Shown here in pieces: positions 40,877-52,707 of a DNA stretch of 64,000 bases. The first letter of the stretch is position 1; every line of letters begins with the position of its first letter. Source of the DNA: Bdellovibrionales bacterium (GTDB taxonomy: Bacteria > Bdellovibrionota > Bdellovibrionia > Bdellovibrionales > Bdellovibrionaceae); the NCBI GenBank assembly GCA_031370005.1, contig JANMPT010000050.1, positions 14,829 through 78,828 on the forward strand, given 5' to 3'. The notes beneath the pieces are model-generated. The model was not told where the DNA came from. It searched no databases and saw only the letters and a list, made by a program, of their open reading frames with translations. The position numbers were made by a program, and so were the translations under genes.

Positions 40877-42040
40877 TTGAAAAACTATCTTTTTACAAGT
40901 GAATCTGTTTCTGAAGGACACCCAGATAAAATGGCAGATCAAATCAGCGATGGCATCTTAGATGCGATTCTTGAGCAAGATCCAAAGGGGCGAGTTGCTT
41001 GTGAGACTTTGTTGACGACAGGCCTTGTGGTTATTGCCGGAGAGATCTCGACCTCGGCAAATGTAAACTTCACAAATATAGCTCGTAATGTTGTCAAGCG
41101 CATTGGTTATGACAATACGGATAAGGGCTTTGACTACAAAACATGTGGTGTGATGGTGGCAGTTGGTCAGCAGAGCCCAGATATTGCCATTGGAGTAAAA
41201 GAAACTTTGAGCGACAATCAGGGGGCTGGTGATCAGGGCCTAATGTTCGGCTATGCTGTAAATGAAACTCCCGAGTTGATGCCGCTTTCTATCGCGATGT
41301 CACATAGCTTGGTTCGTGAGCTGGCCAACTTGAGAAGGGCCAATAAAGTCAACTGGCTCCGACCTGACGCTAAATCACAAGTGACAGTACAATACGAAAA
41401 CGGTCTTGCTAAACGCATCGACACGATCGTGCTTTCGACACAACATTCTGAGGATGTAAATAACGACACGATCAAAGAGTTTATAGTGAGTGAGCTGATT
41501 AAAAAACACATCCCCGCAAAGTGGCTAGATAACAAAACAAAATTCCATGTGAATCCCACGGGGCGTTTTGTTATGGGTGGTCCAATGGGTGATGCTGGCT
41601 TGACGGGGCGAAAAATCATCGTAGACACCTATGGCGGTCATGGAGGCCACGGTGGTGGTGCATTTTCTGGAAAAGATCCCTCAAAAGTGGATCGCTCCGC
41701 CGCCTACGCAGCTCGTCATGTTGCAAAAAATATTGTTGGAGCCGGACTTGCCGACCGTTGTCTGGTTCAAATTGCTTATGCAATTGGTGTTGCTGAGCCT
41801 GTGAGTATCACAGTTAATGATTATGGAACCAGTAAAGTAGGCAGTGAGGTTCTAGAAAATGCAGTCCGTAAACTTTGGGACCTGCGCCCAGCCAGAATTA
41901 TTAAAGAGCTCGATCTTCTTCGTCCAATTTACAGCGCGACTTCTGCGTATGGGCATTTTGGTCGCAACGAAGAGAGTTTTACTTGGGAGAAGCTGAACAA
42001 AGTTGACCAATTGAGAGATGTCGTTAAAAGCTTAAGCTAA
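40877..42040 (+). CDS. metK: S-adenosylmethionine synthetase
   Basis: [39 protein letters not shown]. Confidence 0.98.
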   Translation: MKNYLFTSESVSEGHPDKMADQISDGILDAILEQDPKGRVACETLLTTGLVVIAGEISTSANVNFTNIARNVVKRIGYDNTDKGFDYKTCGVMVAVGQQSPDIAIGVKETLSDNQGAGDQGLMFGYAVNETPELMPLSIAMSHSLVRELANLRRANKVNWLRPDAKSQVTVQYENGLAKRIDTIVLSTQHSEDVNNDTIKEFIVSELIKKHIPAKWLDNKTKFHVNPTGRFVMGGPMGDAGLTGRKIIVDTYGGHGGHGGGAFSGKDPSKVDRSAAYAARHVAKNIVGAGLADRCLVQIAYAIGVAEPVSITVNDYGTSKVGSEVLENAVRKLWDLRPARIIKELDLLRPIYSATSAYGHFGRNEESFTWEKLNKVDQLRDVVKSLS

Positions 42041-42070
42041 ATGAGAGCCCAAAGGGCGGAATTGGGCGAC

Positions 42071-43870
42071 ATGGATCCTAAATTTATAAGAAACTTTTCT
42101 ATCATCGCCCATATTGACCATGGAAAGTCGACTCTTGCGGATGGCCTTCTTCAGGCGACAGGTGCGCTCACTGAGCGCGAGAAAAAGGCGCAGTTTTTAG
42201 ACAATATGGAGCTTGAGCGAGAGCGCGGAATTACGATCAAGGCGCAAACGGTCTGTCTGGAGTTTAAATCTAAAGACGGCAATCTCTATCAAATCAACTT
42301 GATTGACACCCCAGGGCATGTGGACTTCGCTTACGAAGTTTCTCGTTCTTTGGCTGCCTGTGAAGGGGCGATCTTGGTGGTGGATGCAGCTCAAGGTGTG
42401 GAGGCTCAGACTCTTGCGAACGTTTATCTTGCGATGGAAAACGATCTAACAATCATTCCGGTATTGAATAAAATTGATTTGCCATCTGCAGACCCGGAAG
42501 GCGTACGCAAACAAATTGAGGAGACCCTTGGTCTTGACTGCGCGAATATCATTCACGCCTCTGCCAAGGAGAAAATCGGCATCACTGAAATCCTTGAGTC
42601 CATTGTGGAGAAAGTTCCGCCGCCAAATGCGGATCGGAGCTTAACTCCAAGAGCATTGATTTTTGATTCTTGGTTTGATGCTTATCAAGGAGTCGTGATC
42701 TTGGTTCGTGTAGTCGATGGCTCCATTAAAAAAGGCGATCGAATTAAATTCATGGCCACAGATTGTGACTATGAAGTTCTGCGTATGGGCAAGTTCATGC
42801 CACTTCCGCAGGCTTATGAGACGCTTGACGCTGGAGAAGTGGGATTTATTATCTGCGGTATAAAAAATATTCGCGATGTAAGAGTTGGCGATACCGTGAC
42901 TGCCTCAAAACATCCATCGACGAATCCACTCCCAGGCTTTCAAAAAATTAAGCCAATGGTATTTGCCGGGATATTTCCGATTGTGGCTTCTGAATATGAA
43001 AATCTCCGGGATGCACTTGATAAATTATGTTTGAATGATTCCTCTTTGACTTTTGAGGTTGAGAAATCCATGGCCTTGGGTTTCGGTTATCGTTGCGGGT
43101 TTTTAGGTTTACTTCATATGGAAATTGTTCAAGAGCGTCTTGAACGTGAGTTCAACTTAGATTTAATTACAACGGCTCCGACAGTTGTTTACCGAATAAC
43201 AAAGACTGACGGGTCGATCATGATGTTGGAGAACCCCTCAGGTATGCCGGCTGAAACGATGATTGCGAAGCTTGAAGAGCCGTTCGTAAAAGTGACTGTC
43301 CATACCCCGACTGACTACATAGGCAGTATTTTGAAATTATGTGAGGACAAACGGGGAGTTCAGCAAAAAATGGACTATGTGACTGAAAAAAAGGTCATTA
43401 TTGAGTACAAGCTTCCTATGAATGAAATGGTGATGGATTTTTATGATCGGTTGAAGTCGATTTCTAAGGGTTATGCTTCTTTGGAGTATGAATTTGTGGA
43501 TTTCGAAGAAGCGGATCTAGTTAAAATGGATATTTTGATCAATGGTGAGCCTATTGATGCCTTATCGTTGATTGTGCACAGGTCAAAATGTATTAATCGC
43601 GGACGTGCGTTAACTGAGAAAATGAAAGAGCTCATTCCGCGCCAACAGTACCAAGTAGCTATTCAGGCAACGATCGGAGCCAAGATTGTGGCACGCGAGA
43701 CCCTGGGAGCCCTTAGAAAAGACGTGACGGCGAAGTGTTATGGTGGTGATATTTCTCGTAAGCGGAAGCTTTTAGAGAAACAGAAGGAAGGCAAGAAGCG
43801 CATGAAGCAGATCGGCACCGTCGATGTGCCCCAGGAAGCATTCCTTGCGATCCTTAAGGTGGAAGATTAA
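42071..43870 (+). CDS. lepA: elongation factor 4 (start could be 42041)
   Basis: [46 protein letters not shown]. Confidence 0.97.
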   Translation: MDPKFIRNFSIIAHIDHGKSTLADGLLQATGALTEREKKAQFLDNMELERERGITIKAQTVCLEFKSKDGNLYQINLIDTPGHVDFAYEVSRSLAACEGAILVVDAAQGVEAQTLANVYLAMENDLTIIPVLNKIDLPSADPEGVRKQIEETLGLDCANIIHASAKEKIGITEILESIVEKVPPPNADRSLTPRALIFDSWFDAYQGVVILVRVVDGSIKKGDRIKFMATDCDYEVLRMGKFMPLPQAYETLDAGEVGFIICGIKNIRDVRVGDTVTASKHPSTNPLPGFQKIKPMVFAGIFPIVASEYENLRDALDKLCLNDSSLTFEVEKSMALGFGYRCGFLGLLHMEIVQERLEREFNLDLITTAPTVVYRITKTDGSIMMLENPSGMPAETMIAKLEEPFVKVTVHTPTDYIGSILKLCEDKRGVQQKMDYVTEKKVIIEYKLPMNEMVMDFYDRLKSISKGYASLEYEFVDFEEADLVKMDILINGEPIDALSLIVHRSKCINRGRALTEKMKELIPRQQYQVAIQATIGAKIVARETLGALRKDVTAKCYGGDISRKRKLLEKQKEGKKRMKQIGTVDVPQEAFLAILKVED

Positions 43871-43872
43871 AT

Positions 43873-44640
43873 ATGAGTACAGACAATAAAAATAGTTGGG
43901 ATTTTCGTACTAAGCACTTTTGGACCGATGGCTGGGGGTCACTCTTCCTGGCAGTTTTTATCGCTTTGTTTATCCGCTGGGGATTTATTGAAGCTTATGT
44001 GATTCCCTCCGGAAGTATGCTGCCTTCTTTACTGATTCATGATCACATCTTCGTTAATAAACTGGTTTATGGTATTCGTGTTCCGTTTAGCGAAAACTGG
44101 CTAGTTAAATTCGGAACTCCAAAGCGTGGCGAAGTAATTGTTTTCAAATATCCAAAAGACATGAGTACCTTTTTTATAAAACGTGTAGTCGGTGAGCCTG
44201 GTGACAAGATTTATTATGAAAATGGCACTTTGTTCATCAACGACAAGCCTCAAGAGAAGAAGGTTCCTGCCAGCCAAGACGATTTTAACTGGCTTCGCGA
44301 TGCAGATTTCCAACGGGACGGAAACCTTGGTGATGATAAAAATAATTATGTTTTCTTTACCGAAGCCTTGGGATCGAAAGATCACAGCATTCTTCTTCGC
44401 CGCGGCGATATTTATGAAAGTTATGGGCCTGTGACAGTTCCAGATGGCCAGCTTTTCGTAATGGGTGATAACCGTAATAACTCTGCAGACAGTCGTGTTT
44501 GGGGATTTTTGCCTGAGCAAAATATCTTAGGACGAGCAATGTTTGTTTGGCTTAGTTGCGAAGAGACGATCCCTGGTATTCCTGTGCTTTGCAATCCACT
44601 GACGATTCGTTGGGGTCGCTTTTTCCATCAGGTGAATTAA
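43873..44640 (+). CDS. lepB: signal peptidase I (copy 1)
   Basis: PSGSM, IKRVVG, MGDNRNNSADSR. Confidence 0.95.
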   Translation: MSTDNKNSWDFRTKHFWTDGWGSLFLAVFIALFIRWGFIEAYVIPSGSMLPSLLIHDHIFVNKLVYGIRVPFSENWLVKFGTPKRGEVIVFKYPKDMSTFFIKRVVGEPGDKIYYENGTLFINDKPQEKKVPASQDDFNWLRDADFQRDGNLGDDKNNYVFFTEALGSKDHSILLRRGDIYESYGPVTVPDGQLFVMGDNRNNSADSRVWGFLPEQNILGRAMFVWLSCEETIPGIPVLCNPLTIRWGRFFHQVN

Positions 44641-45338
44641 TGGACGCACAAAAAAGTCTTAAAGGCACTTGGCATCAGGCCATTGGGACTTTTCTTTTGC
44701 CTTTGTTTATTGTTTTTGTAGTCCGTTGGATTGTCGTTGAGCCCTTCGTGATTCCCTCTGGTAGTATGATTCCAAGTCTTTTGATACATGATCATATCCT
44801 GGTTAAAAAATATTCCCTTGGACTTAAAGTTCCATTTTCTGATTATTGGCTGACTCGTTGGAGAACTCCAAAGCGTGGAGAGGTTCTGGTTTTTCGCTAT
44901 CCAGAGAACCCCGAGGTGTTTTATATCAAGCGCCTTATTGGCCTTCCCGGCGACACTGTGCTCGTGAGAGGCAGTGGGCAAATTACCGTGAATGGAAAAG
45001 AATGGGTCCTCAAAGCTCATGAGCCTTTGGAGGATGATAATTTCAAATATTATACCGAGAACACGGGAGAGCAAAAACACATTGTCCGCTTCTATGATAC
45101 TCCACTTAAGAGTAATGAAAGCCAGGAGTACAAAGTCCCCTTACACGAATATTTTTTTATGGGCGATAACCGCGATCAGTCCAGTGATGGCCGTGTCTGG
45201 GGCTTTGTTCCTGAGAAATACCTTGTGGGTCCAGCATCGGTGATTTGGCTTAGCTGCGAGAATACCCTGACCTCAGTGTCGTATATTTGTGACCCCAGAC
45301 AAATTCGCTGGAAAAGATTATTTAATTCAGTACAATAG
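44640..45338 (+). CDS. lepB: signal peptidase I (copy 2)
   Basis: PSGSM, IKRLIG, MGDNRDQSSDGR. ATG 44640 overlaps the copy-1 stop. Confidence 0.93.
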   Translation: MDAQKSLKGTWHQAIGTFLLPLFIVFVVRWIVVEPFVIPSGSMIPSLLIHDHILVKKYSLGLKVPFSDYWLTRWRTPKRGEVLVFRYPENPEVFYIKRLIGLPGDTVLVRGSGQITVNGKEWVLKAHEPLEDDNFKYYTENTGEQKHIVRFYDTPLKSNESQEYKVPLHEYFFMGDNRDQSSDGRVWGFVPEKYLVGPASVIWLSCENTLTSVSYICDPRQIRWKRLFNSVQ

Positions 45339-45342
45339 TTTC

Positions 45343-46029
45343 ATGCTGAGCAGTCAATGGAAGGACTATCTCGTTACTATTCTTATGTCTATCTTGCTGG
45401 CCTTGTTTGTAAGAAGCTTCATTATGGCGGCTTATAAAGTGCCGACAGGATCAATGCAGCCGGCACTTAAGGCTGGCGATTTCATTTTTTCATACCGAAT
45501 GGCCTATGGTTTAAAAATTCCGTGGAGTCATATAGCTTGGGGAGAAAAGGCTCCTGAGCGTGGCGACGTGGTCGTGTTTTCCTATTCTAATCAGCCAGAC
45601 ACAAGTTATGTGAAGAGGGTCGTAGGATTGCCTGGTGATAAAATCCAAATCACTGGCGGAAAGCTTCTAATTAATGAGATTCCACTTGATTACGAACTCG
45701 AAAATCCCATACATCCTGAGGATAATCCGAACCCTGAGTCTTTTGATATTTACATTGAAAAAGGTCTCAGTAATCAACGCCGCGTAATTTTTAAAAAAAA
45801 TCACGATGATCAGAATTTTGGTCCTTTGGTGGTTCCTCCTGGCGAAATTTTTCTTATAGGTGACAATCGAGACACGAGTGATGACTCAAGATACTGGGGC
45901 ACCGTGCCAATTGGGCAGATTCATGGCAAAGTTCTCTTTGTTTGGTTGTCCCTGGATTGGCAAAAGCGCTGGGGCGGTGACCGTTATCCTGGCCTTCGTT
46001 GGGAACGGGTTTTTTCCGGAGTGCATTAG
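45343..46029 (+). CDS. lepB: signal peptidase I (copy 3)
   Basis: PTGSM, VKRVVG, GDNRDTSDDSR. Confidence 0.92.
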   Translation: MLSSQWKDYLVTILMSILLALFVRSFIMAAYKVPTGSMQPALKAGDFIFSYRMAYGLKIPWSHIAWGEKAPERGDVVVFSYSNQPDTSYVKRVVGLPGDKIQITGGKLLINEIPLDYELENPIHPEDNPNPESFDIYIEKGLSNQRRVIFKKNHDDQNFGPLVVPPGEIFLIGDNRDTSDDSRYWGTVPIGQIHGKVLFVWLSLDWQKRWGGDRYPGLRWERVFSGVH

Positions 46030-46040
46030 TTTTGTCCTCA

Positions 46041-46070
46041 TTGACACCCTGAGGTGCCGCCAAATATCCT
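46041..46070 (+). promoter_or_regulatory. putative sigma70 promoter of pyrB-carAB (near-leaderless)
   Basis: TTGACA-N18-TATCCT; ATG 9 nt after the -10, no Shine-Dalgarno. Confidence 0.55.
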
Positions 46071-46079
46071 CTCAGATAG

Positions 46080-47003
46080 ATGCCTCATCCATTCTCGACC
46101 TTGATTGAAATTAAAAATTTAGATTTTACAAGAATAGAGTCGCTTTTTCTCTCGGCCCAGGAGTTTTCAAAAAAATCAGAAGTACAAAGTGTCGAAAGCT
46201 CTGTTGCGAAAGCTGTGGCCTTGTTATTTTTTGAACCCAGCACTCGCACGCGCTTTAGTTTTGAAATTGCCGCTGCTCGTTTAGGACTACGTACTTTACT
46301 TTTGGACGGGGTTGGAGGCACTAGTCTTGAAAAAGGCGAAAGCATTGAAGGCACGGTTTTAAATATTGCAGCAATGGAGCCCGCCATGGTGGTCATCCGC
46401 TGCGGAGACGAGGTTGATCTTTACTCTCTTCAGAAAAAGATAAAGATGCCAATTTTAAATGCGGGCTGGGGCAAGCGGAGTCATCCTTCGCAAGCCCTCT
46501 CAGATGCTCTGACTTTAAGAGCCAATGGCCGCGACTTGGAAAAAGAAAAACTATTGATTATTGGCGATGTGAAGCACAGCCGTGTGTGGAGCTCGCATTT
46601 TCAGTTGTCCAAGATTTTGGGTTATGAGATTGCAGTTTGCGCCCCAAAGGAACTTCTTCCAGAAGGGGATTTGCCGCTTCATTTTTCTAATCTCAAAGAG
46701 GGCCTTTCCTGGGCAACCTCTGTGATGTCATTGAGAGTACAGCACGAGCGTCACAGTGTAGAGCATAACAAAAAATATTCCGTGGACTATTACCGGAATG
46801 AATTCGGTCTGAGTTTGCAAAAACTCAAAAGTTGGAAGTCGGATGGTTTAGTGATGCATCCAGGTCCGGTGAACTACGGTGTCGAGCTTGAGTTAGACGT
46901 GAATCAGGATCCACGCTGTAAAATTTTAGAGCAAGTGAGGTGGGGAACTTACCTACGCCAGGCCTTGCTCGCAGGCGTTCTTTCGGTAAAGGCGGTTTCA
47001 TGA
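46080..47003 (+). CDS. pyrB: aspartate carbamoyltransferase catalytic subunit
   Basis: FFEPSTRTRFSFE, HPSQAL, GDVKHSRV, RVQHER, MHPGP. Confidence 0.95.
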   Translation: MPHPFSTLIEIKNLDFTRIESLFLSAQEFSKKSEVQSVESSVAKAVALLFFEPSTRTRFSFEIAAARLGLRTLLLDGVGGTSLEKGESIEGTVLNIAAMEPAMVVIRCGDEVDLYSLQKKIKMPILNAGWGKRSHPSQALSDALTLRANGRDLEKEKLLIIGDVKHSRVWSSHFQLSKILGYEIAVCAPKELLPEGDLPLHFSNLKEGLSWATSVMSLRVQHERHSVEHNKKYSVDYYRNEFGLSLQKLKSWKSDGLVMHPGPVNYGVELELDVNQDPRCKILEQVRWGTYLRQALLAGVLSVKAVS

Positions 47004-48067
47004 ATAGAGCATTTCTTGTCTTAGAAACTGGAGAGCTGTACTGTGGAAAATGGCATGGCGGCGAAGATCGCGCTGGCGAAGTCGTATTTAACACCTCTCA
47101 CTCGGGATATGAAGAAATTGCCACTGATCCTTCCTACTTCAATCAGATTGTAGTGATGACAGCGCCTATGCAGGGGAACTACGGCATCGACAAGAGGGCT
47201 TGGGAATCCAATCGTTTGTGGATTGAGGGCTTTATCTCCCTGCAGGTTCAAGAGTCTTCCCGCGATCACTCTTGGGTTCAGTGTTTATATGAAAATAAAA
47301 TCCCAGTAGTCTCTGAACTAGATACTCGTGAGCTCGTTTTACGCTTGCGTTCAGGGGGGACTTCTTGGGGAGCTTTGGTTAAGTCTGATAATGAAACAGA
47401 AGCCAAAAAAAAGGCCTCTAGCTTGATTGCAGAAAAGAAAAAACTTGATAAGGATTGGGCTTATCAGGCCTCATGTAAAACCAAGCAGGTTCGTCGCGGT
47501 GATTTTTTAGGTGGCCCAAAAGTGGCAGTGCTTGATTTTGGTTCAAAAGAAAATATTTTACGCCAACTGCAAAGCTACTGTTCAGAACTTGTGATTTATC
47601 CAAGCCGCGTCACAACTCAGGAGGTGCTTGCAGCAGACCCTGACTTTGTGATGCTCACAAATGGCCCCGGGGATCCTGCGGATGTGGAGGTCGCACCGCA
47701 GACGATTCGTGAGCTCCTTGGTAAAAAACCAATATTTGGCATTTGCATGGGTCATCAGGTTTTGTCTCTGGCTTTGGGAGCTAAGACGTATAAACTCAAA
47801 TTCGGACATCGCGGGGTCAATCATCCGATTAGGGACAATCTTTTGGGGCAAATCTATATGACAAGTCAAAATCATGGCTATGCTGTGGACGCAAAGACAT
47901 TGCCCGTAGAGGCGCGGGTGACTCAGATAAATTTGAATGATGGAACAGTGGCCGGCTTTTTCAATTCAGAAAAGAAATATTTAGGAATCCAGTACCATCC
48001 CGAATCTTGCCCAGGCCCTCATGAGGCACAAAATCTATTTAAGTTTTTTATAGAGAAAGTTATATGA
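47000..48067 (+). CDS. carA: carbamoyl-phosphate synthase small subunit
   Basis: GEVVFNT, TDPSY, NGPGDP, GICMGHQ, QYHPE. Confidence 0.96.
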   Translation: MNRAFLVLETGELYCGKWHGGEDRAGEVVFNTSHSGYEEIATDPSYFNQIVVMTAPMQGNYGIDKRAWESNRLWIEGFISLQVQESSRDHSWVQCLYENKIPVVSELDTRELVLRLRSGGTSWGALVKSDNETEAKKKASSLIAEKKKLDKDWAYQASCKTKQVRRGDFLGGPKVAVLDFGSKENILRQLQSYCSELVIYPSRVTTQEVLAADPDFVMLTNGPGDPADVEVAPQTIRELLGKKPIFGICMGHQVLSLALGAKTYKLKFGHRGVNHPIRDNLLGQIYMTSQNHGYAVDAKTLPVEARVTQINLNDGTVAGFFNSEKKYLGIQYHPESCPGPHEAQNLFKFFIEKVI

Positions 48068-48711
48068 ACGACTACGAAAAGTTAATTGAAAAGATACTCA
48101 ATCACTTTGCTGGAGATAATTTCAAAGCAGAACTTTCTAGCGCAAAAAAAGAATTTTTCGAAAACTCTGGGACTTTGGATGAGCATGCTGAGTATTATGA
48201 GCTTCGCATGTCTCAGTTTTATGATTGGTATTTTTTCACCAGGGAATTGAGCGGCTATGGTCAAACTCCATTAGAGGCTTGTTTGCTTGAGCGTGAGCTG
48301 CGTTTTTCTGATGAAGAAATGAAACAGCTCGAAGTTTTAAAGCAAAATCGCCATTCTATTTTTGAGTTTAGTAAAACCAAAGGGGTCGATATATACATTA
48401 AAGATCTTTTGGCGAATAAAAAATTAATCGTGAAATCTTCTCCTTGGGTTTTTGGTTTTGCCGAGGAGGAGCTTTTTGAAGCACGTTTGATTCCACATGG
48501 TGATAATTTTGTTTTTACTCGTGGATTCTGCTTTCATCCAGAGCTTGCAAAGAAGTTTATATTGGAGGAAGTAAAACGTCACCGCAAGGATCCAGATTTG
48601 GATCCGGACTTTATGATGCTTCGTATGATTAAAATGCGTTTTAAGTATGAGCAATACAAACACGTAAATCCTGAGATGATATACACCAACGACGGAAAGC
48701 TAGGTTTGTAG
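48064..48711 (+). CDS. hypothetical protein between carA and carB
   Basis: 215-aa ORF, ATGA-coupled to carA. Confidence 0.75.
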   Translation: MNDYEKLIEKILNHFAGDNFKAELSSAKKEFFENSGTLDEHAEYYELRMSQFYDWYFFTRELSGYGQTPLEACLLERELRFSDEEMKQLEVLKQNRHSIFEFSKTKGVDIYIKDLLANKKLIVKSSPWVFGFAEEELFEARLIPHGDNFVFTRGFCFHPELAKKFILEEVKRHRKDPDLDPDFMMLRMIKMRFKYEQYKHVNPEMIYTNDGKLGL

Positions 48712-48735
48712 AGTTCGCTAATAAAGGAGACTTTC

Positions 48736-51700
48736 TTGCCTCGTAGAGCTGATATAAAAAGAGTCTTAATTATTGGTAGTGGGCCAATTGTTATTGGCCA
48801 AGCCTGTGAGTTTGATTACTCGGGGACTCAGGCCTGTAAGGCTTTGATGAAAGAGGGCCTCGAGGTTATTCTCGTAAACTCCAATCCTGCCACTATAATG
48901 ACAGATCCAGAAGTAGCCACTCGTGTTTATGTGGAGCCTCTTAAGATCGATTTTCTCGAAAAAATTATTGCTAAAGAGCGACCGGATGCAGTGATTCCGA
49001 CTTTAGGTGGTCAAACAGCTTTGAATCTAGCGCTGGAGCTTCATAAACACGGCATTCTTGAAAAATATAAGGTTGAACTTCTTGGCGCAACTCCGAAGGT
49101 GATTGAAGCAGCTGAGGATCGCGAGGCCTTTCGTGGAATTTTAGATAAGGTATGTGCAAAATATCCTAAGAGTCATATGGTTCGCACCTACGAACAGGGC
49201 CAGCAGGTGGCTGAAGAACTTGGTTACCCTCTGATTCTTCGCCCGAACTACACTCTTGGCGGCGGCGGCGGTGGTATTGCTTACACTCCGGAAGTCTATC
49301 AAAAAATGCTCGTGGGCGCTCTTCACGAGAGTCCAACATCAGAAGTTTTAGTGGAAGAAAGTATTCTTGGCTGGAAAGAGTACGAACTTGAGGTAATGAG
49401 AGATGCGACGGGCACTTTTGTAGTGGTTTGTAGTATTGAGAACATAGATCCTTGCGGAGTTCACACCGGAGACAGTATCACAGTAGCTCCGCAACAAACC
49501 CTGAGCGATCAAGAATATCAAGCGATGCGCGATGAGGCCTATAAAATTATCAATGAGGTTGGTCTTGCAACCGGTGGGGCGAATATTCAATTTGCCACTC
49601 ATCCTACAAATGGTGAGAGGGTGGTGATTGAAATGAACCCTCGCGTGAGCCGTTCTTCAGCGTTGGCAAGTAAAGCGACGGGATTTCCGATTGCGAAAAT
49701 TGCCGCGATGTTGGCAATTGGCTATCGCTTGGATGAAATTTGTAATGATATCACAAAGAGCACTCCATCTTGTTATGAGCCTGCGCTTGATTATGTTGTA
49801 ATAAAAATTCCATACTTTGCTTTTGAGAAATTTCCGGGATCAAAAGACACACTCAATACTCAAATGAAAAGTGTGGGAGAGGTCATGGGCATCGGCAGAA
49901 CCTTTCAAGAGTCTTTGATGAAGGCGCTGTCGTCTATGGAGAAAAATCCGCAAGGGATACCGGATATCACTCTTTCCATAGACAAAGTATCTTATCCGAA
50001 TAGCCAAAGAATCTATCATCTTTTTCAGATTTTCCGTGAAGGACGGTCCGTGATAGAGGTTGAGGGCCTCACTCAAATTAATCCGTGGTTCTTAGAGCAA
50101 ATTGAGTGCTTAGTTCTTTTCGAGAAAAAATTCAAAAAGGAATTCATAACTAGCAACCGGGACTTGCTGCTCGAGGCAAAACGCAAAGGCTTTACGGATG
50201 CACGCCTTGGATCTTTGGTCGGCAAAACTGAACAGGAAATGCGTGACTTGCGGGACAAGCATGACCTTCATCCTCGATATCAGCAAGTGGATACTTGTGC
50301 GGGGGAGTTTGAATCTTCAACGCCGTATTTCTATTCTTCTTATTGGTTTAATAAAAGTGTTTCTTTGAAGGTTAAAGACCCAGTGGTTTTGATCGGCAGT
50401 GGCCCAAATCGTATTGGCCAAGGGATCGAGTTTGATTACTCTTGTGTGCGCGGCGTGAAGGCTTTTCAGAAATTAGGATATCCAGTAATCATGGTGAATT
50501 CAAATCCTGAAACTGTTTCTACAGATTATGATACTTCCGACATTTTGTTTTTTGAACCGCTTATTGCCGAGAGCCTAATTGAAGTTATGCGCTTCACAAG
50601 ACCGATTGGTTTCGTCGTACAACTGGGTGGACAAACGCCTATCAATTTAGCGCCTGAATTGCAAAAGGCGGGCTTTAAGGTATTGGGTTCAAGCCTCGAG
50701 ACCATTGAGCTTGCTGAGGATCGAGGACTTTTTAGTAAAATTTGCCGCGAACTCGATTTAAAAATTCCAAACTCAGCCATGGCCGCTGATATTAATGAGG
50801 CCTTGACCCAAGAAAGCCACGTAGGTTACCCGATGATTTTACGTCCAAGCTATGTCTTGGGCGGTCGTCGCATGGAGGTAGTCGAGAGTCGCGAAGAGCT
50901 TCAGTCCTATTTTGATCGACATCGAGAATTTATTTCTGAAGATCGTCCTTGTATGATTGATCAGTTCTTGCTCGGAGCACTGGAAGTTGATGTCGACTTA
51001 GTTAGGGGTATTGACTGGACGCTGATTGGCGGCATTGTCGAGCATATTGAGGCAGCCGGTGTGCACTCTGGCGATAGCATGGGGGTTTTGCCTCCCCAAC
51101 GACTTCGTGAGTCCACCTGTGAGCGCATTGAGCTTTTGAGTATACAATTGGCAGAGCGTTTAAAGGTGATCGGGCATTTGAATCTTCAACTGGCGATTAA
51201 GAATGATGTGATTTATGTTTTAGAAGCCAATCCTCGCAGTTCACGTTCGGTTCCGTTCATTGCTAAGGCTACGGGAATTCCATTGATTGACCTGGGAGTT
51301 GCCGCCGTCCACGGTGTGCCAAAGTCTCAATTGAAGCTTGAGAATCTACAATGGCGAGATACCTCCACTGTGTCAGTCAAGGCGGTTGTTTTTCCGTTTA
51401 AGAAGTTTCCAGAGGCTGACTCAATTCTCGGTCCAGAGATGAAGTCCACTGGCGAGAGTATGGGCCGTGGTCCAGATTACGCCGAAGCCCTGATGAAGGC
51501 CTTTATTTCAAGCAATGTTCATTTGCCGCAAAATGGAGAAGTTTTTTTCTCGCTACGGGACAAGGATAAGGACAATCTCTTGGGCCTAGCGCGGGTTTTA
51601 ATGAAAATGGGTTACACGATTTCAGCTACCTCAGGCACAGCTAAGCATTTTAATCAAAAAGGGGTTCATTGCTTATCTCTGAAGAAAGTCGATGAGGGGC

Positions 51701-51933
51701 GTCCTCACTGCGTGGATCGTATTCGTTCTGGTTATGTCAGTTTAGTCATCAATACCACGGCGGGACGTCGTGCCATCGAGGCCAGTTTTGATATCCGTCG
51801 GGCCTGTACAGATTATAGTATTCCATGTTTGACTGAGAGTGATGCTGCTGAAGCCTTTGTTTTAGCGCTTCGGAAAGTTCGAACGGGGCAAAGCGATGTC
51901 CAGTCATTGAAAGCGACTGAAGTCTTTATTTGA
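48736..51933 (+). CDS. carB: carbamoyl-phosphate synthase large subunit
   Basis: [43 protein letters not shown] domain. Confidence 0.98.
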   Translation: MPRRADIKRVLIIGSGPIVIGQACEFDYSGTQACKALMKEGLEVILVNSNPATIMTDPEVATRVYVEPLKIDFLEKIIAKERPDAVIPTLGGQTALNLALELHKHGILEKYKVELLGATPKVIEAAEDREAFRGILDKVCAKYPKSHMVRTYEQGQQVAEELGYPLILRPNYTLGGGGGGIAYTPEVYQKMLVGALHESPTSEVLVEESILGWKEYELEVMRDATGTFVVVCSIENIDPCGVHTGDSITVAPQQTLSDQEYQAMRDEAYKIINEVGLATGGANIQFATHPTNGERVVIEMNPRVSRSSALASKATGFPIAKIAAMLAIGYRLDEICNDITKSTPSCYEPALDYVVIKIPYFAFEKFPGSKDTLNTQMKSVGEVMGIGRTFQESLMKALSSMEKNPQGIPDITLSIDKVSYPNSQRIYHLFQIFREGRSVIEVEGLTQINPWFLEQIECLVLFEKKFKKEFITSNRDLLLEAKRKGFTDARLGSLVGKTEQEMRDLRDKHDLHPRYQQVDTCAGEFESSTPYFYSSYWFNKSVSLKVKDPVVLIGSGPNRIGQGIEFDYSCVRGVKAFQKLGYPVIMVNSNPETVSTDYDTSDILFFEPLIAESLIEVMRFTRPIGFVVQLGGQTPINLAPELQKAGFKVLGSSLETIELAEDRGLFSKICRELDLKIPNSAMAADINEALTQESHVGYPMILRPSYVLGGRRMEVVESREELQSYFDRHREFISEDRPCMIDQFLLGALEVDVDLVRGIDWTLIGGIVEHIEAAGVHSGDSMGVLPPQRLRESTCERIELLSIQLAERLKVIGHLNLQLAIKNDVIYVLEANPRSSRSVPFIAKATGIPLIDLGVAAVHGVPKSQLKLENLQWRDTSTVSVKAVVFPFKKFPEADSILGPEMKSTGESMGRGPDYAEALMKAFISSNVHLPQNGEVFFSLRDKDKDNLLGLARVLMKMGYTISATSGTAKHFNQKGVHCLSLKKVDEGRPHCVDRIRSGYVSLVINTTAGRRAIEASFDIRRACTDYSIPCLTESDAAEAFVLALRKVRTGQSDVQSLKATEVFI

Positions 51934-51966
51934 AAATTTTCTGAATTTGAATAGAATATATGTCAT

Positions 51967-52707
51967 ATGTTTATTCTAGAAGCGAAGAAATTAAATAAAA
52001 TATTTTCTGGTGGGTTGTTTGAAAGCCCCCGCCATCTTCTAAAAGACGTTAGCTTTTCCCTTCCTACAGGGGAGACGACGGGTTTTGTTGGAAGTAATGG
52101 CTCTGGGAAAACCACGACTATTAAGTGCATGCTCGACTTTATGCGCCCCGACTCTGGGGAAACTCTTTTTTTTAACAAAGCCCTCGATCTTCAAGCTAAA
52201 AAGCGCATTGGCTATCTTCCTGAGCGCCCGTATCTGTATGAGTTTTTGAGTGGCATGGAGTTTTTGCGACTGCATTGGAATTTAGTTCAGGATTCTCAAA
52301 AGGACTTTATTGAACGATCTCACGAGGCGCTTAAACGTGTGGACCTGTTCGAAGCGCGCGACAAAAAACTTCGTCAATACTCCAAAGGGATGTTGCAAAG
52401 AGTGGGGATCGCCCAAGCCATTTTGAATAAACCTGATTTGTTGATTCTAGATGAGCCCATGTCGGGTTTGGACCCTGATGGGCGTGGCCTGGTGAAGGAT
52501 ATTCTTCGTGCAGAAGCCAAGCGAGGCACGAGTTTGTTTTTTAGTAGTCACCTTTTGCAAGATATGGAAGAGCTTTGCTCTCACTTAGTAGTTATTAATA
52601 AAGGAGCGATTCTTTATGACGGCGATTTAGTTTCATTTATGAAACAGTATACAAACTTAGAGGACGCTTTTCGCTTTGCAAAAGGGCAAGGGGATGGGGC
52701 TCTATGA
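51967..52707 (+). CDS. ABC transporter ATPase, PilH-like (myxobacterial T4P-associated)
   Basis: GSNGSGKTT, YSKGMLQR, LDEPMSGLDP; upstream of pilD. Confidence 0.85.
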   Translation: MFILEAKKLNKIFSGGLFESPRHLLKDVSFSLPTGETTGFVGSNGSGKTTTIKCMLDFMRPDSGETLFFNKALDLQAKKRIGYLPERPYLYEFLSGMEFLRLHWNLVQDSQKDFIERSHEALKRVDLFEARDKKLRQYSKGMLQRVGIAQAILNKPDLLILDEPMSGLDPDGRGLVKDILRAEAKRGTSLFFSSHLLQDMEELCSHLVVINKGAILYDGDLVSFMKQYTNLEDAFRFAKGQGDGAL

